Assembly (NCBI GenBank): GCA_050693035.1
Contig: JBOGWB010000067.1
Span: 1 to 61,018, forward strand
Direction of reading: 5' to 3'
DNA from: Actinomycetota bacterium
GTDB taxonomy: Bacteria; Actinomycetota; UBA4738; CALAEC01
DNA: 61,018 nt
This document shows, one piece after another, positions 52,913 to 61,018 of the stretch (its first letter is position 1; every line of letters starts with the position of its first letter). The notes below the pieces were generated by a model. It did no database searches. It was not told the origin of the DNA and saw nothing but the letters and a program-made list of their open reading frames with translations. The position numbers and the translations under genes are program-made.

Positions 52913-54717
52913 TGCCCCGGCCCCCGGTCCACCCGGAGGGCGGCGATGAAGGCCTCTTGGGGGACGTCCACCTTCCCGACTCGCCGCATTCGCTTCTTCC
53001 CGGCCTTCTGCTTCTCGAGCAGCTTCCGCTTGCGGGTCACGTCACCGCCGTAGCACTTCGCCAGGACGTCCTTCCGCTTGGCCCGCACGGTCTCGCGGGC
53101 GATGATCCGCGTCCCCATGGCCGCCTGGATGGCCACGTCGAACAGCTGGCGAGGGATCAGCTCGCGGAGCCGCTCGACCATCCGACGACCGTACGCCGCC
53201 GCCTTCTCCCGGTGAACCACCGACGAGAACGCATCCACCGGCTCTCCCTGAAGCAGGATGTCCACCCGCACCAACTCCGAAGGCTTGTGGTCCCAGTGCT
53301 CGTAGTCGAGCGACGCATAGCCGCGGGTCCGCGACTTCAGCTGGTCGAAGAAGTCGAAGATGATCTCGGCGAGTGGAAGAAGGTACCGCACCTCCACACG
53401 CTCCGGCGCGAGGTACCGCATCTCCTCGAGGGTTCCCCGGCGGGCCTGGCACAGGTCGAGCACCGCACCGAGATGCTCGGAAGGCGTGACGATCGTGGCC
53501 AGGACGTAGGGCTCCTCGACCCGGTCGTAGGTGCCCGGCGCCGGCATCTCGGAGGGGTTGTGCACCTCGCGGACCTCTTCCCCACTCACCACCCGGAAGG
53601 CCACGTTCGGCGCGGTGGCGATGAGCGAGAGATCGAACTCGCGCTCCAGTCGTTCCCGGACGATGTCCATGTGCAGGAGCCCGAGGAAGCCGCACCGGAA
53701 TCCGAACCCCAGGGCTCGCGACGACTCCGGCTCGTACACGAGCGCAGCATCGGACAGGCGGAGCTTGTCGAGCGCGTCGCGCAGCGGGGCGAAGTCGTCC
53801 CCGTCCACCGGGTACAGGCCGCTCCACACCATGGGCTTCGGCTCTCGGTATCCGGGCAGGGGCCCGGCGGCCCGTCGGGACGCCAGCGTGACCGTGTCGC
53901 CCACCTTCGCCTGCCGGACGTCCTTCACCCCGGTGACGACGTAGCCGACCTCCCCCACCCCCAGCGACTGCAGGGGGAAGGGATCGGGCGCGAACACGCC
54001 CACCTCCTCCGTCTCGGACTCGAGGCCGGTGGCCATCATCCGGACCCGCGCCCTGCTCGGCAGAGAGCCGTCGGCGACGCGCACGTACGCGAGCACCCCG
54101 CGGTAGGCGTCGTACGCGGAGTCGAAGATGAGGGCCCGGGGCGGTGCGTCGGGATCGCCTTTCGGCGGCGGTATCCGGTCGATCAGGGCCGCCAGCAGAT
54201 CGGGAACGCCCTCGCCGGTCTTCGCCGAGACGCGGAGAACGGCGTCCTCGGCCTGGCCGGTCAGCTCGGCGAGCTCCCGCACGGCCTCCGGGACGTCGGC
54301 CTGGGGAAGGTCCACCTTGTTCACGGCGGGGACGATGGTGAGCCCGGCCTCCTCCGCCAGGTGGTGGTTGGCCAGGGTCTGAGCCTCGATCCCCTGCGCC
54401 GCGTCCACCAGGAGGATTGCCCCCTCGCACGCCGCCAGGGCCCGGGACACCTCGTAGGTGAAGTCCACGTGGCCGGGCGTGTCGATGAGGTTGAGGACGT
54501 ACTCGACCCCCTCGTGCTCGTATCGCAGCCGGACGGCCTGCGCCTTGATGGTGATCCCCCGCTCCCGCTCGAGGTCCATCCGGTCCAGGTACTGCTCCCG
54601 CATCTGCCGCTCCGGTACGGCGTGGGTGAGGTCGAGGAAGCGGTCCGCGAGGGTGGACTTCCCGTGGTCGATGTGGCTGATGATCGCGAAGTTCCGGATG
54701 CGCGCCGGATCGGTCAC
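52909..54717 (-). CDS. lepA: Elongation factor 4
   Basis: [55 protein letters not shown] start at 54717. Confidence 0.97.
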   Translation of the reverse strand: MTDPARIRNFAIISHIDHGKSTLADRFLDLTHAVPERQMREQYLDRMDLERERGITIKAQAVRLRYEHEGVEYVLNLIDTPGHVDFTYEVSRALAACEGAILLVDAAQGIEAQTLANHHLAEEAGLTIVPAVNKVDLPQADVPEAVRELAELTGQAEDAVLRVSAKTGEGVPDLLAALIDRIPPPKGDPDAPPRALIFDSAYDAYRGVLAYVRVADGSLPSRARVRMMATGLESETEEVGVFAPDPFPLQSLGVGEVGYVVTGVKDVRQAKVGDTVTLASRRAAGPLPGYREPKPMVWSGLYPVDGDDFAPLRDALDKLRLSDAALVYEPESSRALGFGFRCGFLGLLHMDIVRERLEREFDLSLIATAPNVAFRVVSGEEVREVHNPSEMPAPGTYDRVEEPYVLATIVTPSEHLGAVLDLCQARRGTLEEMRYLAPERVEVRYLLPLAEIIFDFFDQLKSRTRGYASLDYEHWDHKPSELVRVDILLQGEPVDAFSSVVHREKAAAYGRRMVERLRELIPRQLFDVAIQAAMGTRIIARETVRAKRKDVLAKCYGGDVTRKRKLLEKQKAGKKRMRRVGKVDVPQEAFIAALRVDRGPGQ

Positions 54718-54723
54718 GCGGCC

Positions 54724-54760
54724 ATGGTAGCGGGGCCCGGGCGCCCCCACCTGGTACAAT
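54724..54760. promoter_or_regulatory. Back-to-back leaderless -10 elements for lepA and rpsT
   Basis: Minus-strand TACCAT (54724-29) 6 nt before the lepA GTG; plus-strand TGG-TACAAT (54755-60) 8 nt before the rpsT GTG. Confidence 0.6.
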
Positions 54761-54768
54761 CGCCGCTT

Positions 54769-55038
54769 GTGGCCAACATCAAGTCTCAGATCAAGCGGAA
54801 TCGCCAGAACGAGCGGCGGCGCGTTCGCAACCAGGCCCTCCGTACCAGGCTGAAGTGGGAGGCCAAGAAGGTGCGGACCGCGGCCGCGGGCGGAGACCAG
54901 AAGGAAGCGGCGGTGGAACAGTTCCAGCGGACCGCCCGGCTCCTGGACAGGGCCGCCTCCAAGGGAGCCATCCACAAGCGCACCGCGGCCCGCCGGAAGT
55001 CTCGGCTGGCCCGCCGGGTCTCCTCCGCCGAGGGCTGA
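54769..55038 (+). CDS. rpsT: 30S ribosomal protein S20
   Basis: [40 protein letters not shown]. Confidence 0.96.
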   Translation: MANIKSQIKRNRQNERRRVRNQALRTRLKWEAKKVRTAAAGGDQKEAAVEQFQRTARLLDRAASKGAIHKRTAARRKSRLARRVSSAEG

Positions 55039-55045
55039 GGACGCG

Positions 55046-56014
55046 TTAGTCGCGTCCGGCGTGGGCGGTCTCGCCCGCCCCGGCCATCCTGACCAAGAGC
55101 TTCGTCAGCACCACGTCACCGGGTGCTCCCTGCTTGAGCAGCCGGTCCGCCTCGCTCACGTGCTCGTGGAGGGCGGCCAGCTCCCCCTCCGCGAACCGCC
55201 GGGACTGGTCCCGGTACCGGCGTACCTGCCAGTCGAACCGGAGTCCCGCGGCCCTGGCCGCGTCGGCGGGAGCCAGGCGCTCGGGTAGCGCGCGGACCCG
55301 GAGCAGGTCCCGGAGCCGCGCGGCCAGGCCCCCCAGGATCATCAAAGGTTCTTCTCGGGCCTCCAGGAGCGCCGCCAGGATCCGGAGAGCACCGGGCAGG
55401 TCTCGCCCGAAAGCCAGATCGCAGAGCTCCCACACCCGGTGCTCGCCCAGGCCGCGGAACTGGGCGGCCACCGTCTCCGGGGTGAGCCCCTCCTTCGGGA
55501 AGGCCGCCGCGATCTGCTCCACGGCCTGGTCGAGCAGGGCAGGATCCTCTCCCAGGGTCTCGACGAGCGTCGAGGCGCCCGCGGGGGAGGCCGGGAGTCC
55601 CCGGCGCCCGGCCCGGGCCCGCACCCACGCGGGGAGCTCACGCCGTTCCACCGCCACCCGCCGCACCTCCACTCCTTTCGGTAAGGCCTTCGAGAGGGCC
55701 GCCGGAGGCCCCTTCGCCCGGGGCCCCACCTCGACCAGGAGCATCAGCGTGGCGTCGGGCGCGGGCGAGCCCGCGTAGCCCCCCACCTCGTCCCGAGCCT
55801 CGTTGGAGAGGTTCCCCGCGTCGGTGACCAACAACGCCCGGGGCTCACCGAACAGCGACGGCGTGGCCAGGTCGCCCGTGGCGCCGGGGGCCCACTCCGA
55901 GGCGTCGACCTCCCGGGGCCGAACCTCGCCGAGCTTCTCCAGGGCCTCGGTGCGAAGGAGGAAGGGGTCCTCACCCCACAGCACGACCACGGGCCGGATC
56001 CGGACCACCGTCAC
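55046..56014 (-). CDS. holA: DNA polymerase III delta subunit
   Basis: [23 protein letters not shown]; usual position between comEC and rpsT. Confidence 0.9.
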   Translation of the reverse strand: MTVVRIRPVVVLWGEDPFLLRTEALEKLGEVRPREVDASEWAPGATGDLATPSLFGEPRALLVTDAGNLSNEARDEVGGYAGSPAPDATLMLLVEVGPRAKGPPAALSKALPKGVEVRRVAVERRELPAWVRARAGRRGLPASPAGASTLVETLGEDPALLDQAVEQIAAAFPKEGLTPETVAAQFRGLGEHRVWELCDLAFGRDLPGALRILAALLEAREEPLMILGGLAARLRDLLRVRALPERLAPADAARAAGLRFDWQVRRYRDQSRRFAEGELAALHEHVSEADRLLKQGAPGDVVLTKLLVRMAGAGETAHAGRD

Positions 56015-56169
56015 GTTCCGTTCATAGCACGAGCAGGTCGGCTCGGTGCTTCTGGTAGCGCAACAGCCGAAGAGCGACCAGATAGCCGATCACGGCGCCG
56101 GCCGTGGACAACCATCTTCCCCATCTGGGCCTGGGTCCAGCCTCAACCTCGGCCGGCTCGCTTGCACGC

Positions 56170-58629
56170 TCACCGCGCGGATTCTACGAGAACTCCTTCC
56201 GGACCGAACCGGACCGTCACATCGCCTGACTGGTCGGTGCGAAGCACCAGCGCTCCGGAGCGCCGGAGGGCCGACAGGACCCACGACACCGGGTGCCCGT
56301 ACTCGTTCGGACCCACGCTCACCACGGCGACGTCCGCGCTCACCGCGTCGAAGAACTCGACGATCGAGGTGGCCCCGCCCTGATGCGGGACCTTGAGCAC
56401 CGTGGCGGCAACCGGGTCGCCGTCGGCGAGGAGGTCGCGCTGGGCGGGTTCCTCGACGTCTCCGGTGAAGAGGACCGAGGAACCCGGGTCGGAGTGGCCG
56501 GACGGATGGAGCAACAGCACCAGCGAGTTGTCGTTGGGCTGGTCGCTCGAGCAGCCATCGGGTCCGAGAACGTCGATCGCCAGGCTTCCCACCTCGAGCC
56601 GCTCTCCTCCTCGCGGATGGCGGACCGGGATCCCCTCGGCCGCCGCCGACTCGAGCATCCGTCGGTACTGTGGTGCGTCGTGCGGGCAGCCTGGCTCGAT
56701 GAGGAGCGCCGCCGGGAACCGGGCGAAGATCGCGGGGAACCCGCTCACGTGGTCGGCGTGGGCGTGGGAGGCCACCGCCAGGTCGATCCGGCGGATCCCC
56801 AGCCGTGCCAGGTGCCGGGCCACCGCCTGCTCGTCAGGGCCGGAGTCGATCAGCAGCGTCGCACCCTCGGGGGTGCGGACAACCGCGGCGTCGCCCTGGC
56901 CCACGTCGAGGAAGGTGAGGGTGAGGGTGGAAGGCGGACCGGCCCGGCCGCCGGCCGGCCACAGGAAGGCGCCCGCGACGGCCAGCGCGACCAGGCTTCC
57001 CGTGGGCCGCTTCCCGCGACGGAGGCGCCATGCGGCCAGGAGGGCCAGGACCGCCGCCAGCACGGGGAACGCCGGGCCCTCCGAGACGACCTGCGGCAAC
57101 GGCGCCCGAGCCAGGCGGTCGGCCACTCCCTCGAGGTAGCCGAGGGGCACCTCACCCATCGATCCGAGCACCCGGCCGGCCGGGAGCCACAGGTGGGAAG
57201 CCCCCGCCGCGGCCAGCCCTCCCAGCAGCGACGGCGCCACCGCGGGGAACGCCAGCAGGTTCGCCAGCAGCGTCGCCGTGGGAACCACCCCGAAGCGCAG
57301 CAGCAGGAGCGGGGTCACCGCGACCTGGGCCCCCAGGGTCGCCGCCGCGGCCAGGGCCACCGGGCGCGGGAGCCACCCCAGCCGCGCGGCGATGGGGCCC
57401 GCCAGGGCTACGATCCCCGCGGTCGCCGCTACCGATAGCTGGAAGCCGACCGACCGGACCAGCCACGGGTCCACCAGGAGGAGAAGAAGGACCGCTCCGG
57501 CGAGGAGCGGCCCCGAGCTTCGGGGGCGGCCGGCGAACGACCCGGCCAGCGCCAACCCGGCCATGGCGCTGGCTCGAAGCACCGATGGTTCCCACCTGGT
57601 GAGCACGGCGAAGAAGGCCACCCCGGCCACCCCGACCAGGAGGCGGGTGGCCATGGACGCCCGGAGGGCCGCGGCCAGGGCGAGCAGCGGAGCCAGGAAC
57701 ATGGCCACGTTCGAGCCCGACACGGCCAGCAGATGCCCCAGGCCCGAGGCGCGGAAGTCCTCCTCGACCTCGGGATCCATCCCCGAGGTGTCCCCGATCG
57801 ACAGGCCGAGCAGGAGCCCCGCCTCCCGCCGGGCCAACGCCACGCGGGCTCCGTCACGCAACCAGCTTCGGGCCAGGTTGGACAGGCGGAGGACCGGGCT
57901 CGCCGGCCGCCCGGACACATCGATCCGCCCGACCGACACGGTGGCGGCCAGTCCACGATCGCGGAGGTACTCGGCGAACCCTCCCTCGTCCGGCCGGATC
58001 GCCAGCAGCGTTCCGTCCACGTCCACCTGTTCGCCGAGGTTCGCCGGAGGCGCGTCGCCCCGGCCACGCAGCCACAGGCGAGCCGAGAGGTCCGCCTCCA
58101 CCGGGTCGGGCCCGGGCAGAGCCAGCCGTCGCACAGCGACCTCGAGGCTCCATCCTGTTTCGAGGCTGCCGACGTCGGAGGTGGCCGTTCCGCGAAAGAC
58201 CACCCGGCGCCCATCCAGCGCGCCCAGAACGTCGACCGGTGGGGCCCGCACCGCCGCCCACCCGGCGCCCAGGAGCGACACGGCCACCAGGGCGGCCAGC
58301 GCGGACCACCCGGCGGTCGGGGCGGAGTGCGGGAGATCCCGCGGTTCACCGTCTGCCGTGGCCATTCCCGCAGCGCCGAGGATGCGGTCCCGGAAAGAGG
58401 GAGGCGGCCGGGGGTCCCGAGGGACCAGACCCGACGAGCGAAGGAGATCGATCGATCGGTCCCGCCGCCGCTCGGCGCGGAGCGCACCGAATGCCGCCGC
58501 CGCAACGATGAGGAGCCCCGACAAGGCGGCGACGAGCCCATCCCTCCTCGCCAGGCGATCGCCCAGCGAGAGCGATCCGAGGCCGAAGCAGACCGCCGCC
58601 GACGGAAGCACCCACGCCCGCTCGCTCAC
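56170..58629 (-). CDS. comEC: DNA uptake channel ComEC (Competence + metallo-beta-lactamase domains)
   Basis: FRASGLGHLLAVSGSN, PSVLRA, GFQLS, FLDVGQGD, HAHADH, NDNS, VSVGPNEYGHP, RTD. GTGA coupling with comEA. Confidence 0.94.
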   Translation of the reverse strand: MSERAWVLPSAAVCFGLGSLSLGDRLARRDGLVAALSGLLIVAAAAFGALRAERRRDRSIDLLRSSGLVPRDPRPPPSFRDRILGAAGMATADGEPRDLPHSAPTAGWSALAALVAVSLLGAGWAAVRAPPVDVLGALDGRRVVFRGTATSDVGSLETGWSLEVAVRRLALPGPDPVEADLSARLWLRGRGDAPPANLGEQVDVDGTLLAIRPDEGGFAEYLRDRGLAATVSVGRIDVSGRPASPVLRLSNLARSWLRDGARVALARREAGLLLGLSIGDTSGMDPEVEEDFRASGLGHLLAVSGSNVAMFLAPLLALAAALRASMATRLLVGVAGVAFFAVLTRWEPSVLRASAMAGLALAGSFAGRPRSSGPLLAGAVLLLLLVDPWLVRSVGFQLSVAATAGIVALAGPIAARLGWLPRPVALAAAATLGAQVAVTPLLLLRFGVVPTATLLANLLAFPAVAPSLLGGLAAAGASHLWLPAGRVLGSMGEVPLGYLEGVADRLARAPLPQVVSEGPAFPVLAAVLALLAAWRLRRGKRPTGSLVALAVAGAFLWPAGGRAGPPSTLTLTFLDVGQGDAAVVRTPEGATLLIDSGPDEQAVARHLARLGIRRIDLAVASHAHADHVSGFPAIFARFPAALLIEPGCPHDAPQYRRMLESAAAEGIPVRHPRGGERLEVGSLAIDVLGPDGCSSDQPNDNSLVLLLHPSGHSDPGSSVLFTGDVEEPAQRDLLADGDPVAATVLKVPHQGGATSIVEFFDAVSADVAVVSVGPNEYGHPVSWVLSALRRSGALVLRTDQSGDVTVRFGPEGVLVESAR

Positions 58630-59246
58630 ACCGTCACCAGGTCCCTGATATCCGCGAGCCGTACCTCTCCGATGCCGCTGACCTCGAGGAGGTCGTCCAC
58701 CGATGCGAACGGCCCGTTGCGTTCGCGGTGCTCGACGATGGCCGAAGCCAGCACCTCTCCGATCCCCGGCAGCGTCTCGAGCTGTTCCGCGGTGGCGGAG
58801 TTGACGTTGATGAGGGCTTCCGCACCCATCGAGCCTCCGGAAGCCGACGAACCCGAACCTGCCTCTCCACCCGCGGAACGGCGAGGGACCATGACCTGCT
58901 GTCCGTCGACGAGGAGGGCAGCGAGGTTCAGGGCATCCAGATCGGCTTCCCGACGCGGGCCGCCGGCGGCCTGGATGGCGTCGATGACCCGTTCCCCTTG
59001 GGCGAGCTCGTACACGCCGGGTCGGCGAACCCGCCCGGCCACGTGGACCACCACGGGCACGGCACTCGGCGACGGCGCCGGCTCGGGCCGCACCGCCCGG
59101 ACGGTCACGGGCCTCGGCAGGGACCGCACGTACCACAGGACCGCTCCCCCACCCACCAGGACGCCGACCGCCGCGAGCGCCGCGAGCTCCCGCCGGCCCA
59201 GGCCGGCCAGCCACTCACGGAGACCCCCGTTCAGGCTTCGGTCCAC
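58626..59246 (-). CDS. comEA: DNA-binding competence protein ComEA
   Basis: TM; SLBB VHVAGRVRRPGVY; HhH INVNSATAEQLETLPGIG. GGGAGG SD before GTG 59246. Confidence 0.93.
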   Translation of the reverse strand: MDRSLNGGLREWLAGLGRRELAALAAVGVLVGGGAVLWYVRSLPRPVTVRAVRPEPAPSPSAVPVVVHVAGRVRRPGVYELAQGERVIDAIQAAGGPRREADLDALNLAALLVDGQQVMVPRRSAGGEAGSGSSASGGSMGAEALINVNSATAEQLETLPGIGEVLASAIVEHRERNGPFASVDDLLEVSGIGEVRLADIRDLVTV

Positions 59247-59346
59247 GCTCCTCCCGCTCGCGGTCGTCGCAGCGCCGGATGTTAGCGAGGCCCACAGACA
59301 CGACCGCCGATATGCTGAGGCGGACCACCGTGAAGGAGCGGAAGCC

Positions 59347-59994
59347 ATGGACATCGTCAACAAGAAGGTCGAGCGGTACATGGAGAGCCTCCTGGCGTCG
59401 CGGGGCGACGAGGTGCTCGAGCAGATGGAGGCGGAAGGACGGGAGCGGGACTTCCCGATCGTCGGTCGCACGGTCGGCGTCACCCTGGAGGTCCTGGCCC
59501 GGGCGATTGAGGCGCGACGGGTGCTGGAGATGGGCTCGGGTTTCGGTTTCTCGGCCTACTGGTTCGCCCGGGCAGTCGGTCCGGGCGGCGAGGTCCACCT
59601 GACGGACGGTGACCCGAAGAACGAAGCGAAGGCTCGCGACTATCTGGAGCGGGCGGGCCTGGCTGACCGCTGCACCTTCCACGTGGGGAACGCGCTCGAC
59701 ATCATCGACGAGCTTCCAGGTGAGTTCGACGTGATCTTCTGCGACATCGACAAGAGCGGCTACCCCAACGCGTGGAAGAAGGCACGCGAGCGGATCCGCC
59801 TCGGCGGGCTGTACCTCTGCGACAACGTCCTGTGGTCGGGACGGGTCGCCGAGGACGGCGGGGTCGACGACCCGCGCCCCGATTGGACCGAAGCCGTCCG
59901 GGAACAGAACCGGGCCATCGCGGAAGACGAACGCTATCTCTCGGTGATCGTCCCTACCCGCGACGGCGTGATGGTGGCGCTTCGCGTGGAGTAG
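59347..59994 (+). CDS. O-methyltransferase (Methyltransf_3)
   Basis: VLEMGSGFGFSA, FDVIFCDIDKSGY, CDNVLWSG, PTRDGV. Confidence 0.92.
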   Translation: MDIVNKKVERYMESLLASRGDEVLEQMEAEGRERDFPIVGRTVGVTLEVLARAIEARRVLEMGSGFGFSAYWFARAVGPGGEVHLTDGDPKNEAKARDYLERAGLADRCTFHVGNALDIIDELPGEFDVIFCDIDKSGYPNAWKKARERIRLGGLYLCDNVLWSGRVAEDGGVDDPRPDWTEAVREQNRAIAEDERYLSVIVPTRDGVMVALRVE

Positions 59995-60283
59995 CGGCGG
60001 CGGACCGGATCCGGTCCCGCGCCGTCTCGACGTCCAGGCCGCTCACCGCGAACACCTTCGACCGGGATCTCGCGCCGGCGCGGAGCTCAACCGCGGAAGG
60101 CGCGACTCCCAGAACCGACGCGATCGTCCTCCGCGCCTCCTCGTTGGCCTTCCCTTCCACGGGGGCGGCAGCGACTCCAACGACCAGGCCCTGCTCTGTG
60201 AGCGAGAGGCCGGACCGGGAACGCGGCTTGATCCTGGCGCCGACCAGCAGCACGCCTCCCAGCTCACGCAGGTCGAGCGTCAC
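59954..60283 (-). CDS. DUF167 (YggU-like) protein
   Basis: KPRSR, VAAAPVEGKANE, GARSRSKV. Confidence 0.88.
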   Translation of the reverse strand: MTLDLRELGGVLLVGARIKPRSRSGLSLTEQGLVVGVAAAPVEGKANEEARRTIASVLGVAPSAVELRAGARSRSKVFAVSGLDVETARDRIRSAAATPREAPPSRRRG

Positions 60284-61017
60284 CCCGTCACCAGGTTCAC
60301 CAGACGGGGGGGACGGACCACCACCCTCACCACCTCGCGCTCGGCGAGAGCCCGACGCGCCTTCTCCGACTCACGGGCCAACCGCTCCGCGTCCTCCTCC
60401 GAGATGTCCGGACCCACCTCGATCGTGTCCCGGACCTTCCCGTCCACCTGTACCACCAGCGTGACCGTCTCCTCGCGAGTCAACCCCGGGTCGTATTCGG
60501 GCCACGCGGCGACGTGCACGCTCGCGTCGTGCTCGAGCGCCTCGCGCCACAGTTCCTCGGCCAGGTACGGGGCGAACGGTGCGATCAGAAGGGTCAGCGC
60601 CTCCGCCGCGTCGCGAGCGCCGTGACCGGCGTCGAGCGCCGAGCGCACCTCGTTGGAGAGGACCATCAGCTTCGAGATGGCCACGTTGAACTTGAACCGC
60701 TCGAGGTCCTCGGTCACCGCCTTGATGGTTCGGTGGGTCAGCCTTCGCAGCTCGTCCGGTTCCGTCCCCGGTCCGTCCTCCGCCGCATCGAACACCGCGG
60801 CATGGACCCGACCCAGCCACGCGTTCACCCCGGGCCGGCGGTTCGGGTCGGGGGCGATCAGCTTCCAGTCGATGTCGTCCTCGAAGGGCCCCGCGAACAG
60901 GATGGTCAGCCGCATGGTGTCGGAGCCCCACCGCTCCACCAGGGGCATGGCCTCCACGAGGTTCCCCTTCGATTTGGACATCGAGGCGCCTCCGTAGATC
61001 ACCTGGCCCTGGTTGAT
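60280..61017 (-). CDS. leuS: Leucine--tRNA ligase (3' part; starts beyond window)
   Basis: SMSKSKGN (KMSKS loop), GSDTMRLTILFAGP, FNVAISKLM, PFAPYLAEELW, VVQVDGKVRD. Confidence 0.95.
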   Translation of the reverse strand: MNQGQVIYGGASMSKSKGNLVEAMPLVERWGSDTMRLTILFAGPFEDDIDWKLIAPDPNRRPGVNAWLGRVHAAVFDAAEDGPGTEPDELRRLTHRTIKAVTEDLERFKFNVAISKLMVLSNEVRSALDAGHGARDAAEALTLLIAPFAPYLAEELWREALEHDASVHVAAWPEYDPGLTREETVTLVVQVDGKVRDTIEVGPDISEEDAERLARESEKARRALAEREVVRVVVRPPRLVNLVTG

Positions 61018-61018
61018 G

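Noticed and set aside
59954-59994. Convergent 3' overlaps (41 bp here; 23 bp at 30058-30080)
   Set aside because: Short tail-to-tail overlaps are common in GC-rich genomes, and nothing indicates a function.
60960-60990. LeuRS SMSKS in place of KMSKS
   Set aside because: The functionally key second Lys is intact, and first-position variation is common.

Overview
High-GC (~70%) chromosomal window, probably from a deep-branching Actinomycetota. The backbone is a conserved minus-strand housekeeping string: leuS (partial), comEA, comEC, holA, rpsT (+), lepA, hemW, hrcA, dnaJ, rsmE, HIT, phoH, ybeY, a CNNM/CBS protein, cdd, era, recO, uppS, glyQS, ppdK, dGTPase, dnaG and rpoD (partial). Accessory blocks interrupt it. 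(1) The standout is a compact bacterial microcompartment (BMC) operon at 35.6-41.9 kb between era and recO. It encodes a GntR regulator, RpiB, DeoC, a CoA-acylating aldehyde dehydrogenase, 1 BMC-H, 2 BMC-T and 3 BMC-P. This matches the functionally unresolved sugar-phosphate-utilisation (SPU)-like class. Its RpiB has Asp in place of the catalytic Cys, its DeoC carries a 4-Cys N-terminal module, and no cofactor-recycling enzymes are encoded. (2) A 1675-aa membrane-tethered SARP/BTAD-kinase-STAND-WD40 regulator faces two secreted proteins, one dirigent-like, across an 11-bp-period direct repeat. (3) There are two toxin-antitoxin modules: Xre/RES, and a BrnT-like/RHH pair with a divergent third gene. 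(4) Other accessory genes include a 4TM-NUDIX fusion, cell-wall peptidase/RTX clusters and an orphan Cys-rich membrane protein. About a dozen genes look leaderless (TANNNT 6-8 nt before the start codon). I found no tRNA, rRNA, CRISPR array, transposase or integrase. Family names come from recognising motifs by eye; no searches were run.
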